A DNA stretch of 64,000 nt from Saccharolobus solfataricus P2 (GCF_000007005.1 NC_002754.1), one strand, 5' to 3'. Shown: positions 10,881 through 22,073, counted from the first letter of the stretch. Translations and numbers: made by a program. Notes: generated by a model not told the origin, from the letters alone.

Positions 10881-11366
10881 TCTCGCTTGCATCTTCACAA
10901 GCGGTGTAGATGTAGTGTGAGGGTAAGTCCTTGTGCTTCTCCCTCTCAGTCTTGTAAACTCCAGATTTAATCCTAGTGAATGAGGTAGTCTTATTTACGA
11001 GTCCATAATTTATTGTGTCCTCTAGTATCTTTTTATACTCTTCTTCGACTTCCTTCAACTTCTGGTAGGTCTTATTGTCTACTTTAACCCTTAACTTCAC
11101 TGTCCTCTCCACTTAACTCACCTATCAACTTTTTTACACCTTGAACGAGGACTGTCTTCTTATGACTCCTTATTCCGTAAATTTTCCCAGCGAATGATGT
11201 AATAATGGAAATCAAATCTTCCACAAGTTCTTGTGTAGCATCCTTAGGTTCTTCTCCGAGAACAACCTCAATCCTAACCCCCATCGTTGAGAAGAACTCC
11301 TCAAGGTACTCAAATCCAAAACGCGTTAGTCTATCTTTGTATGTTATGAGGATAATGTCGACGCTC

Positions 11367-12550
11367 CTTATATAAAACATATTAGTCAGATCTGTGTAAT
11401 ACAGATCTGACTGGGGTGTAGGCCGTGACGCTCCTTGGGCTTAAAGCCCGATGGGGAGCTTGGCCGCCTCCAATTCGGACCGGAAGTTGGGCAAAAAGCC
11501 CGAATAAAACATAAGGGTGAGTATACATGGAGGCCCCAGTTGCAGGAATAGATGTATCAAAAGATAAATTAATCGTGTATTTTCAAGGTAAACTCTACGA
11601 GTTTACTAATGATAGGCAGGGGTTTGAGGAGATAAGGAAGATCTTGCCTAGTGGTTGCAAAGTGGGTATTGAGAGTACTGGAGTTTACCACGTTAACCTA
11701 GCAAAGTACTTGAATAATGAGTATGATGTTAGGATTATTAATCCCTTTATACTCAAGAAGTTCAAGGGTTTTAGGGGTAAGAAGAGTGATAAGAATGATG
11801 CTAAAAAGCTAGCAGAAATAGTTGTAAGTATGGGTAGTGGGTTTGTAACAAGTGATGCTAGGGAGTTAACAAGCCAGTGGGATTTTGTTATTAGGAGTAT
11901 TGCTAGGGTTAAGAATAGGTTGAGGAGGGATTTGGTACTTTTAGGCTATAGGGATAGTTTGTCTAAGAAAAACTTGGAGGAGGTTTTGAGGGGTGGTGGG
12001 GATAGTGTTGTCTTGTCTGAGGTTAGGTTTCTTTTGGAGGAGCTTGAGAGGCTTGAGGGTAGGAAGAGGGAGATTGAGAAGGAGCTTGAGGATTTTGTTC
12101 CCAAGGATAGTTTGATTTTCACCATTCCCGGTATTGGTAAAACCTTGGGTTGTATTATTTTGGCTAGGGTTGGTGATGTTAGGCGCTTTAGTGATAAGAA
12201 GAGGTTTGTTGCTTATTGTGGTCTCGACCCAGTTGTTGAGTCTAGTGGTAAGAGTGTTGTCTCAAGGGGTATATCCAAGAGGGGTGATGCTGTTTTGAGG
12301 AGGGCTTTTTACTTGGCAGCTTTGACTGCTATTAAGGTTAATCTTATTATCAAGCGTTTTTATGAGGAGCACAAGGGTAGGCTTAGGGGTAAGAAGTTGA
12401 TTGTTGCGTGTGCTAGAAAGTTGGCTGTTATTACTTGGGCTGTGCTGTATTATAATAAGCCCTTTGATGCTAGTGAGTAAAGCAGGTTTCATTGCGTAAG
12501 TAGTGTGAATTATGCTCGATTTTCAAGGAAAAGTTTTTATACCGGAAGCT
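11367..12550 (+). mobile_element. IS110-family element (~1185 bp, ISC1190-like), copy A; transposase 11527..12480
   Basis: GIDVSKD...EST...KND..DA DEDD motifs, YCGLDP; CT core at 11367-68 and 12549-50. Confidence 0.93.
11384..11520 (+). ncRNA. Putative bridge RNA of ISC1190-like copy A
   Basis: 11-bp 5' hairpin. GACGCTCCTT (11427-36) equals left junction 11360-69. GGGGAGCTT (11453-61) is complementary to the right junction. ACCGGAAG (11479-86) equals the right end 12541-48. ATAAGG (11511-16) is complementary to the left end. Confidence 0.8.
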
Positions 12551-12968
12551 TCCCTCAACCAGTTTGAAGAGCTTCAGCAATCCTTTCCTTTGCGTGTTCA
12601 ATCCGCTTGCAATATCTTTTAGTACTTCAACTACCTTGTAACCCTTTGCCGTTGCGTAATTCGTGAGATAGTTTATTTGTCTCTCCAAGTCCTCTTTCTG
12701 GTCTGCTGATGAAACTCTTGCGTAAATTACTGCTCTTGGTTCTTCCCTCCTCTCTAAGTACTTCTTAATCTCGCTGTAAGGTATCCTGTACTTCCCTCCT
12801 TCAGTTGTTACTACCCTTATTTTCCCTTCTCTAATCCACCGTAGGAGTGTTGAGTATGAAATGCCGAGAAGTTGGCAAGCCTCCTTAGGTCTCAGTAGTC
12901 TTTCCACAAAATTGGTTGATAATAAATGAATATAAAAAGATTTCTATTAACACGAAAAAGGATTCAGC

Positions 12969-13025
12969 CCCAGTTAGGTCTGTATTACTCAGACTTAACT
13001 AATATGTTTTATATAAGGAAGTCAG
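12969..13025 (-). mobile_element. Left-end remnant of a diverged ISC1190-like element inserted in an IS605 right end
   Basis: Reverse complement reads CTGACTTC-CT-TATATAAAACATATTAGTTAAGTCTGAGTAATACAGACCTAACTGGGG, cut by the IS607 left end. Confidence 0.75.
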
Positions 13026-13075
13026 ACTCAAGGGTGCGTAAATTAAACATTAGATATTTTAACTAGTTTAACTCT

Positions 13076-13408
13076 ATGAAAGTGCTTATAAAAGATGTTG
13101 ATGAAAAGCTTTACAGAATGTTAAAGGCTAAAGCGTCAATTGAAGGTATTTCCGTAAGTGAGGCAATAAATGAGGCAATAAAACTTTGGTTAATAAATAA
13201 AGATTTAGACAGAATTATGGTAATAAAGAGTAAGGACTTTTGGGACGCTGTAAATGAGGGGAAGTATGCGTTATTCTGTGATGGTAATTTTATAGGCAGC
13301 TTTGAAAACGAGGATGAAATGATAAAGGAGGCTAGGAAATACAATAAGTGTTACGCTCTAAGCAAAAAGTGGCTAATTGGAGAGGGTGAACTCACTGGAG
13401 TGTTTTGA
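13076..13408 (+). CDS. RHH/CopG-like N-terminus plus DUF5678-like small domain
   Basis: VLIKDVDEKLYRMLKAKASIEGISVSEAINEAI; GKYALFCDGNFIGSF. Confidence 0.55.
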   Translation: MKVLIKDVDEKLYRMLKAKASIEGISVSEAINEAIKLWLINKDLDRIMVIKSKDFWDAVNEGKYALFCDGNFIGSFENEDEMIKEARKYNKCYALSKKWLIGEGELTGVF

Positions 13409-13766
13409 TATAAATGAAAAGCCTATACTGCACGTAAAAGTATCTGACCCTAAGAATGAAAATTCTGCTGAGATAGATGTACTAGTTAACACTGGATTTT
13501 CTGGTTGGTTACTCCTCAACTACGAAATTTATACGAAACTTAACTATATGGAGATTCCTATTACTAGGAAATACAGAAGCATTTTAGGTAATATTGAAGT
13601 TTACATGGCCAAAGCTAGTATTTCTATCAATCGTTTAAATATAGATGCATTTATTGAGTCCTCTCCTTATGTAGAAATGAACCTACTAGGGAGAGAAATA
13701 TTAAAGAAACTAAATATATGCTTCTATAGAATGAATAAAATATGCATCTACTCTGATGTAGTTTAA
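13377..13766 (+). CDS. Clan AA retropepsin-like protein with NTG instead of DTG
   Basis: VLVNTGFSG and NLLGREIL flanking motifs of retroviral-like aspartyl proteases. Confidence 0.65.
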   Translation: MERVNSLECFDINEKPILHVKVSDPKNENSAEIDVLVNTGFSGWLLLNYEIYTKLNYMEIPITRKYRSILGNIEVYMAKASISINRLNIDAFIESSPYVEMNLLGREILKKLNICFYRMNKICIYSDVV

Positions 13767-13833
13767 CACTCGCAGAGACTAAATTTTCCTTACAAATTTA
13801 GAAGAGAGGAAAAAAGAAGAATATAGTTCTTGA

Positions 13834-15093
13834 TTATAATAGACCTCTGGCCTTCATTGCCTTTACTACTCTATCCACAGCTAAAGCCATTGCCACAGTC
13901 CTCAAATCTTGATCAGCAAACTTCCTCTTATGAAAATCGTATAAAGTGTTAAAAGCGTTAGTCATTCTATCAATAATAAGTTTCTTAGCCTCCTCATCAC
14001 TAATTATCCCACCAGACTTATTGTTAGCCCACTCCACGTAACTTCCAACGACTCCACCAGCATTAGCCAAAATGTCTGGTATAACAACTATACCACTTTG
14101 TTTTATTACATCGTCTGCATCTGCAGTCAATGGACCATTTGCACCTTCAACAATAAGCTTAGCCTTAACCTTGGGTGCATTAAATTTATTTATGACATTT
14201 TCCACTGCGGCTGGAATTAATATATCACAATCACTTATTAGCAACTCTTCATTTGTAACCTTTTTACCCTCTGGATAATTCACAACACTACCCGTTCTCT
14301 GAACAACTTCCAACGCCTTATTAACGTCTATTCCATTCTCATTAATTACCCCTCCCCCAATATCACTAACTCCAATTATTTTAGCCCCCATTTCGCTCAA
14401 GAATTTAGCGGTAAAAGAACCAACGTTTCCGAACCCTTGAATTATAACCCTTGATCCTTCAATTCCTCCTATGAACTTATTAGCAGCCTCTCTAGCAATT
14501 GTTGCTACACCTAACCCTGTACTGTATAATCTAACACCTATCCCTCCTAGTTCATAAGGCTTACCGGTAAACACTGCGAAATCAACTTCACCAGTTATCT
14601 TTATGTATTCGTCTAGGAACCAAGCCATAGTTTGAGGATTAGTATTAATGTCAGGCGCTGGGATGTCCACATTACTACCCAAATAGTTGTGAATTAATTG
14701 AATGTATTTTCTAGACAGATCCTCCAATTCCTTTAATGTTAGCTTCTTAGGATCTACTCTTATCCCACCCTTTCCTCCACCATAGGGTAATAATAACAAG
14801 GAATTCTTCCACGTCATAATCATTGATAATGCTATTACTTCTTCTTGTGTAACATTGGGACTGTATCTAACTCCTCCCTTATATGGGCCTAAGGCCGAAT
14901 TGTGTTGACTTCTCCAACCCACAAACGTCCTTAACTTACCATCAGAACCCCTAATTTGTATCTTAACTTGTATAACCCTTTCCGGCTGGGAAAGGGCTTC
15001 TAGAGTATCAATATCTAAACCCAACAATTCTCCAACTTTATACAACTTCTTAACTTGTTGGACGAACAAATTCGAGGTAAGGAGTTCTTCCAT
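13834..15093 (-). CDS. gdhA: Glutamate dehydrogenase (start likely MEELL at 15093)
   Basis: [45 protein letters not shown]. Confidence 0.95.
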   Translation of the reverse strand: MEELLTSNLFVQQVKKLYKVGELLGLDIDTLEALSQPERVIQVKIQIRGSDGKLRTFVGWRSQHNSALGPYKGGVRYSPNVTQEEVIALSMIMTWKNSLLLLPYGGGKGGIRVDPKKLTLKELEDLSRKYIQLIHNYLGSNVDIPAPDINTNPQTMAWFLDEYIKITGEVDFAVFTGKPYELGGIGVRLYSTGLGVATIAREAANKFIGGIEGSRVIIQGFGNVGSFTAKFLSEMGAKIIGVSDIGGGVINENGIDVNKALEVVQRTGSVVNYPEGKKVTNEELLISDCDILIPAAVENVINKFNAPKVKAKLIVEGANGPLTADADDVIKQSGIVVIPDILANAGGVVGSYVEWANNKSGGIISDEEAKKLIIDRMTNAFNTLYDFHKRKFADQDLRTVAMALAVDRVVKAMKARGLL

Positions 15094-15337
15094 CGCTTTA
15101 ATCAAATACTTTAAGAATAAAAAATTATTCCAACTCAATTTTGAAAATTTTTAATATACAGTTCTCCTAAAGTGAGAAAGACAAATTGATATTAGAGGTC
15201 TTCTCAAAGTGCAGAAACTAAATATAAGGTTTTTAGCGACTCTTGAATACTTTTAAGTATACTTGAGGTAACAAGGACTTTCCTATAAGCACTTTTTTCG
15301 ATCAAAAAGTTTAAATATTTACTCTACCAAAGTAAAG

Positions 15338-15796
15338 TTGAGTGAAGAAAAAATGAGTGAAGAAAGTCCATTTGATAAGATTATGCATATGCCTCTTGAT
15401 AAAGTAAGAGAAATACTTAATAGAACAAACCTGGAGAGGCAAGTATTTAATGAAATTGTCGGAGATAACTGGAAGGTAAAAATCATAGAAACAAAAGTGA
15501 ATAAAAATAATTATGAAACTATATATAGATTATATGGTATTTATCTCGGAGATAAATCCGTAGCAGTAAGTGTTACAAGTGACGGAAAACTTAGACATAT
15601 AATATTAAATGACGTAAAAGTAGTTAGTGAAACAGACCAGACTGTAAAGAAGAAAAATACCATGCTATTACTGGACTATGAAAATCAGAGGGCGATATTT
15701 ACTGAAGGTGAAATGGAACTATGGAAAGGTAAAATTGGTTTTGACGCAATTAAGTCAATTAATATCCTAAAGAACGAATCAAGGGACTTTCAATGA
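15338..15796 (+). CDS. Hypothetical protein
   Basis: 152 aa ORF with TATA-like AAGTTTAAATA upstream; no recognised motif. Confidence 0.6.
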   Translation: MSEEKMSEESPFDKIMHMPLDKVREILNRTNLERQVFNEIVGDNWKVKIIETKVNKNNYETIYRLYGIYLGDKSVAVSVTSDGKLRHIILNDVKVVSETDQTVKKKNTMLLLDYENQRAIFTEGEMELWKGKIGFDAIKSINILKNESRDFQ

Positions 15797-16224
15797 ATAT
15801 AAGTAGTCAGAATAAAATTTATACTGTGAAGAGAAATTTAATACTTGAATATTGCAAGACTCCTAAATCCTTCACGGAACTAAGGGATCTAACTGGGATG
15901 TCTGATGCGGGTCTATCTAAGGCACTAAACGACCTTATAAAGAAAGGGTACTTGCAGAAGACTTCGGATGGAAAATATGTGATAACCGATAAGGTAATGC
16001 AAAGCTATAAGGAGAGAATTGTTAATAGGATTTGGTTTAAATATCAAGGAATCTCAGATGAGAAAATTGAAAAAATAGCTGATCTTTTGAAGGACGAGGG
16101 AGAATTTTATATTCTAGCTTCTAAAGGCAAGGATAAGACAGACGACTTAACGCTTCTGCTACAATATCTATTTCTACTTACATACGAAATTGAGGGGTCA
16201 AAGGAGCTGAAAGTCACGCAATAG
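15793..16224 (+). CDS. Winged-helix transcriptional regulator
   Basis: KSFTELRDLTGMSDAGLSKALNDLIKKGYL wHTH; ATGA overlap with upstream gene. Confidence 0.75.
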   Translation: MNISSQNKIYTVKRNLILEYCKTPKSFTELRDLTGMSDAGLSKALNDLIKKGYLQKTSDGKYVITDKVMQSYKERIVNRIWFKYQGISDEKIEKIADLLKDEGEFYILASKGKDKTDDLTLLLQYLFLLTYEIEGSKELKVTQ

Positions 16225-16575
16225 AATAGATAGCCAATTTTGTAAATTAACATACAATATAGCTATTAACCTAAAAATTCGTCACTTAGCTGATCTTCAT
16301 AAAGAGAAGTCTTACACTGATATTCGTATATGTGTTTGAGATATAGAAATAAATAATATGATTATAAAATTAACTTTGACTCTTCCTCCAAGCACTATGG
16401 ACGATTCGTTTTATTCTTTATGACAGAAAAAGATTAGATACTAAAGAGTTTGGACTTTATTTCGTGCTTAGCATTAGTTACTGTACTAAAATATAGATAT
16501 CTTATTAAATTTCGATTAAGAACTGCCTTTATAGAATCTTAATAAGATGTAATTATAAAAACTTTTATAAAAAGA

Positions 16576-17430
16576 TTATAATTCCTTTAATACTTCGGCC
16601 AAGCTTATTTCTTGATGAGATGTTATGACAATGCTATAATTATCTTGTTTATTTATCCCTATCATTACGAATAGGCTCCTATTGTAATAAGTTGCATTTA
16701 TTGAATAGACTACAACAGTAGCATTCTTAAAAACGACTTTCCCGGCTACAGTAAAGTTACCTATGGTTATGTTAAAGTACTTTAAAAGTTTGGTCACACT
16801 ACTAAAGTTACCGGTACTCTTCAATATTAGTTGGCTATTTGACGAGAATAATTGAAAACTACCATAAGTTGTATTGCCATATGCTATTACATTAATAGAT
16901 GGTTGAGATGCAAAGATTTTCTGTGAGGTGTAAAGGTACTTTAGGAGAAAGAAAGTAGTGTTAAAACTTGCGTTATCCTTGACAATATAAAAGTAATGTC
17001 CATCAAATCCAAAAGCACTAGTGTTTTTATAATCATAAAGTAAGGTATTATATTGGCCGTATACAAAGCCGTGTTTCACTAAAGTTTTATTTATTATTGT
17101 GAAGGCAAATGATGACAAGGGACTAGAAGCCTTAAAATAGCCTATTATTGCGAAGGTGTTATTGAACGATATGAAATTTATTGTACCATTACCAATTATT
17201 TGAGATGCTAGTGATAATGCTAGTGTTGCATTAGTATTATTAACATAGTATGAGATGAAATTGGTTATGGGTGAAATATTATACGTATGTATTTCATCTA
17301 ATGTGGAATAGTGGAATGTATCGGTTGTAGAACCACTCTCTTGAGTAGTTGGGTGTGTGCTGGCCAAGACGACGATAAACGCAGATATCAAAACAATAAT
17401 TGTTAAAATAATGGGTTTTTTTGCATTCAT
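16576..17430 (-). CDS. Secreted or membrane-anchored hypothetical protein
   Basis: N-terminal signal/TM segment; many N-x-S/T sites. Confidence 0.7.
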   Translation of the reverse strand: MNAKKPIILTIIVLISAFIVVLASTHPTTQESGSTTDTFHYSTLDEIHTYNISPITNFISYYVNNTNATLALSLASQIIGNGTINFISFNNTFAIIGYFKASSPLSSFAFTIINKTLVKHGFVYGQYNTLLYDYKNTSAFGFDGHYFYIVKDNASFNTTFFLLKYLYTSQKIFASQPSINVIAYGNTTYGSFQLFSSNSQLILKSTGNFSSVTKLLKYFNITIGNFTVAGKVVFKNATVVVYSINATYYNRSLFVMIGINKQDNYSIVITSHQEISLAEVLKEL

Positions 17431-17658
17431 ACACTATAATCTTTTGGTTAACAAATAAACTTTTTGCAAACCCGTGCTTTGTTGAATACTTCAATTTTCT
17501 AAGATGTTAAGCTCATTAAGTTTTCTTAAATTCGAAATCAGGCGTTGATTTAAAAGTAAGTTCCACGTTAACTCAGATAAAAATTAAGTAACCCACAAAG
17601 CAGCAAACCCGCTATTATACACGCTTTTAAACAGGAATATAAATTATTATACAGTAAA

Positions 17659-18552
17659 ATGATCGTTGTAAGCAGTATTGTCAAGAAATACGGCAATAAA
17701 ATAGCATTGGATAACATCTCATTAGAGGTTAAGAAAGGGGAATTCGTCTCACTTATAGGCCCTAACGGTGCGGGAAAAACTACACTTATCCGAATCCTAC
17801 TAACTCTAATGAAGCCAGATAAGGGGGAAGTGCAAATACTAGGAGAAAATCCTTTTAGAAACAAGAGAATCTTTAAGGCGATTGGCTACGTTCAAGAGAT
17901 CCCCAATTACCCACCATTTCTTACTGGAAGGCAAGTGTTAGAACTTTCAGCTAAGATAAGAGGAGTAGATAAAAGTGAGGTGAAGAGGGTTTTAGAATTT
18001 GTTGAAATGGAGAACTACGCTAACAGTCCCATAATTAAATACAGTAAGGGAATGGTTCAGAGAATAGCAATAGCCGAATCCTTACTTGGGAATCCATCTA
18101 TTCTAATAATGGATGAGCCGAACATGGGAATTGACCCTATTTTTTCTTTGAAGACAAGAGAGTTACTAAATAAGTTGAAGAGAAAAGATAACGTATCGAT
18201 TTTGATGACATCCCACGAATTAGAGGATGTAAAGAAGTTATCTGATAGAATATTCATGATATATAAGGGGAAGATAGTTTTTAGCGGTACCGTTGAGGAT
18301 ATGATTAAGGAGTTTTTAGGTATACAAGTAATAGTTGAAACTGATGAAATTGAAAATGCTGAAGAGGCACTAAAGGGGATAGAGTATGTTAAAGGGGTAT
18401 TCAACGATGGGAATAGGTTAATAGTTAAACTTAACGAGGATAGAAGAGAAGATCTGTTAAGGGATTTGGTTACAAGTGGTGTTAAGGTAAAGGGTTTCTA
18501 TATTGACCTAAACTTGGAAGAGGCTTACATGAGGGCGTTGAGGAATGTTTGA
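17659..18552 (+). CDS. ABC transporter ATP-binding protein
   Basis: GPNGAGKTT, YSKGMVQR, IMDEP. Confidence 0.92.
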   Translation: MIVVSSIVKKYGNKIALDNISLEVKKGEFVSLIGPNGAGKTTLIRILLTLMKPDKGEVQILGENPFRNKRIFKAIGYVQEIPNYPPFLTGRQVLELSAKIRGVDKSEVKRVLEFVEMENYANSPIIKYSKGMVQRIAIAESLLGNPSILIMDEPNMGIDPIFSLKTRELLNKLKRKDNVSILMTSHELEDVKKLSDRIFMIYKGKIVFSGTVEDMIKEFLGIQVIVETDEIENAEEALKGIEYVKGVFNDGNRLIVKLNEDRREDLLRDLVTSGVKVKGFYIDLNLEEAYMRALRNV

Positions 18553-19378
18553 GATAATGCTTTACGAATGGAGAAGGGCAATAGCTAGGAAGAAGGTTAT
18601 AGTACTATCTATAATAACGTTTATATTTGAGCTTGGGATTTATTTAGCAATATACTTAGCACCTTCACACTCACTTAAGACCTTAATAATCCCTCTCTCT
18701 CCCTATTTATGGGCTCTTGGAGTATTATTACCACAAGTGCTCCTAATACACTTCTTAGCAATATCAATAGCTTCTGGATCGATGGCAGAGGAATATGAAC
18801 AAGGAACAGTGGATTATTTCATATCAAAACCAATAACGAGGTTGAGGTTTGTTATGGAGAAGTGGCTTGGTTCATTCTCCTTACTTTTAATCATTTACCT
18901 ATTCATGGTAGTGCTTGCCTTAATCCTTTCATCTCTTCTCTTTGGAGTACAAAGTGAGTTAATACTATTACCTGAGCTTTTCTTTTCGATAATATTCTCA
19001 ACACTAGTTTTCCTCAACATTGCATTTGCAATAGGTGAAATACTAAGGAGGAGCAATCTATCCTTTACAATTAGTGGATTTATCTTAATAGCCTCAATAA
19101 TAGTATCTGACGTACTTGTCTTCGTGTCTGTAATAACGCACAACAGCAACTATGAAACGATTTCTGAGTACTTACCAACCTGGGGTTCCACGGAGTTACC
19201 ATTTATGCTATTACACAACTCTCCATTTTCAGCAATAGCTAGAGGACTGAACATTTTACCTTCCATAAGCAATAATGTGAGTTTAGCAATTGTGTCGATT
19301 GTTGTGTACTCCCTTATTCCCTTAGTTTTATCGATAATAAATTTTCTGGGAAGAGACATATCGAAGAAGGTAAGTTAG
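18545..19378 (+). CDS. ABC-2 type permease
   Basis: Six TM segments, EEYEQGTVDYFISKP motif. Confidence 0.88.
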   Translation: MFEIMLYEWRRAIARKKVIVLSIITFIFELGIYLAIYLAPSHSLKTLIIPLSPYLWALGVLLPQVLLIHFLAISIASGSMAEEYEQGTVDYFISKPITRLRFVMEKWLGSFSLLLIIYLFMVVLALILSSLLFGVQSELILLPELFFSIIFSTLVFLNIAFAIGEILRRSNLSFTISGFILIASIIVSDVLVFVSVITHNSNYETISEYLPTWGSTELPFMLLHNSPFSAIARGLNILPSISNNVSLAIVSIVVYSLIPLVLSIINFLGRDISKKVS

Positions 19379-19686
19379 TAAGGTACTTTTTATATCATGA
19401 AAAACAATAATTTCTTGACCTCGGGGTTTGGGCTTCATAGGATTTCATAATATTTAATATCAATCCTCAGCCCTTGGGCTTCACCAAAGTCACGGGGCAT
19501 TGCCCCACTCATACCCCTCCGCCCCTTTAGCGGGATAACCCCAACCCAACGGACTATCCGTTGGGGAAATCCGTACATCTTTGATTTTTATTGTCACACC
19601 TCGTCGTGACGTTGTCCAAGATGATAAAAATGGGAAATTGATGAGTAATATTAATAAGAAATTGGGATGAGATAATATTATGAAGA

Positions 19687-20763
19687 CACTTTCAACTGAG
19701 AAAGACCTTTTGCTCAAGGTCGATAAAGTATTTCCATGGGAAACGTTTAGGGGTAAACTTGAGTCACTTTACTCCAAGAAACCCAAGTGGGACGTTATAT
19801 TACTCCTCAAAGTCCTATTAATCAAGTTCGTCTACGAAATCTCTTGGTTAGAGGGAGAAATTAGGGATAGCAAAATGTTTATGAAATTCTTAGGTGGGAA
19901 AGTCCACCAAAGAGCACAATATTCTTCTTCTACAAGAAACAGTTGTTGATGAGGGGGAGAGAATGTGGACAATTCTAATGACTCAACAAGGCCTTAGACA
20001 AGGTGATTAACGAGTATAGGGAGAAGGGTTTCGAACTTGAGGTAGGAAGAGAAAAAACGACAAATTCGAGAACTATTACATAATTGATACATTCTTCCGC
20101 GAGGGAAAGAGGAGTTTTCAAACCGGTCTAGAGAAGATCTCACTTGACCTTGATGAGATGAAATTTAACGACGATTTTCTCCTCATGAGTTATACTGTTT
20201 CTAAGCTCAAGTACTTTACAAGCTTTAGTATAAGGGTGGTTGGGGTAGGAAGCATGGTAAGTCATACTTTGGTTTTAAGGTTTGTTAAGATGAGTACTAA
20301 TCTTGTTAGGAATTTTAAGGTTGGCTAATTTGAGTGATTTGGCCTTTTCCTTTGATGGTTTTAAGCTCTTGGCTGATAGGGCTTCTAGGAAGAACATCTT
20401 GGTTAAGGGCGTTAGTTCTGCTAGGCTTCCGGTTGAGGGTAGTGGGATCAAGATTAGGGAAGGTAAGGCTTCAGCAACGACTTTGAGGGGTCCAATAGAG
20501 TCTTCTTATAGGAACATTAAGGCTTTTCTTCCATTTACTGGTTCTACTAAGTTTGTTTTCCGCACGTTGATCTTCGTGCTGGCCCTTGTACTCTACTCCT
20601 TATATACCATATTCAAGGGGGAGGTGGGGAGAGAGGAGTTTAGATTATTATTAATTCTTTTATTTCCTGATTTATTCAATCCAGAGAATTTTACATTTAA
20701 TGTAATTGAAACACTTATTTACACTATAGATTTATTTTTAAGGAGGTGATTTTGGGTCTACCG
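19687..20763 (+). mobile_element. Chimeric IS5 fragment plus ISH3 (ISC1225-like) 3' remnant
   Basis: Duplicate of 4892-5682 joined to RGPIESSYRNIKAFLPF...; ends in TIR GATTTTGGGTCTACCG. Confidence 0.7.
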
Positions 20764-20767
20764 GTGA

Positions 20768-21992
20768 CGGTAGACCCAAAATCATTTTACAAAAAATAAT
20801 TTTGGTTGGGTAATATCAGATTCTGAAAAATAATAGAATTTATAGCTTTGACAAGAACGCAATTAATTGAAGAAAGATTTAAGGTGAGGAAGCCGGTATT
20901 ATCACGTGGTGAAGACAAGGTGATAACACCTGGTCTTCCTCACCAAAATAATCTACAACAAGTAGGGTATAAATTACTTTCCATGTTGAGCTTCAAGGGA
21001 AGAAAGGCGGAGGAGGTATCGAGAGTTCTGGTCTCCGCGTGCTTGTGGAACGACTCCGTGGAAAGCAAGTCCAAAGGGTATAACGTGTCACCACAGACCG
21101 TGAGGAACTACGTGGAGGAGCAGGGAACTGAGGTGATCGAGAAGCTATTAGAGTCCATGAGGAGGATTTCCATGGAGATACTCAAGGGAGTGAAGGAAGT
21201 CGACATCTCCATAGACTGGACAACCAAGACGTGGTATGGTAAGCCGGTGGAGGGACTGGGTAGTTCAGCCAAGGGGAACTCGTGGAACTACGCTACCGCG
21301 ACCACGAAGTATCAGAATATGGTGCTCCTCCTAGCTTTCGTTCCCCAAGTTAACGGGATGAGCAAGGATGAGATCGTGAAGCTTCTCATGGAGCAAATTG
21401 TGGGAATGGGCTTCAAGGTGGGGCTCGTAACCTTGGACGCGGGATTCTACACCGTGGAAGTCCTCAAGTTCATATCGCAGTTCAAGTTCGTGATAGGAGT
21501 CCCTGTGGGGGACGTGAAGATCTACGAGGAGTTCGACGGAGAGTACACGACAAACAGTAAGAGGCATAAGAAGGAAGAGCAGGTCAAGTTCAGACTCCTG
21601 GTGTATGGTAAGGAAATCGTTAAGAAGAGGAAGAAGACCGTGGTGTACTTCGCGAGGGCGACCAACCTCGACCTACCCAAGAGGGAAGTGCTGAAGTTGT
21701 ACAACAAGGTTAGGAGTCCCATTGAGACGTCTTACAGGAACATCAAGGCCTTCCTTCCCTTCACGAGCTCCACCAAGTTCATCTTCCGCGAGTTGATCTT
21801 CGTGCTGGCCATGATCTTCTACTCGCTTTACACCGTGTTTAAGAACGTCATGACAAGAGAGGAGTTTAGATTGCTGCTCATCCTCTGCTTTCTAGACGAT
21901 TTATCTGATCTAAAGGATTTTATATTTAATCTTGAGGAAACACTTATTAATACTATAGATTTATTTTTATGGAGGTGATTTTGGGTCTACCG
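20768..21992 (+). mobile_element. ISH3-family element, 1225 bp (ISC1225), transposase 20848..21978
   Basis: 16-bp TIR CGGTAGACCCAAAATC; 4-bp TSD GTGA (20764-67, 21993-96); SIDWTT, LDAGF, IETSYR motifs. Confidence 0.93.
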
Positions 21993-22073
21993 GTGAGGGC
22001 GGGGTAGTTCACATTTTTAGTATGAGCAACTAACTATTAGTCTAGCCTTACAATGATCAGTAAATTTAATAAA

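Larger units (their letters stand above)
10881..12972 (-). mobile_element. tnpA: IS607 element: tnpA split by IS110 (12551-12907 and 11084-11366); tnpB truncated at 10881
   Basis: MERLLRPKEAC (MerR-like HTH), YARVSS serine recombinase motif; halves rejoin as VEGRSVD; left end GGGGCTGAATCC. Confidence 0.9.
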
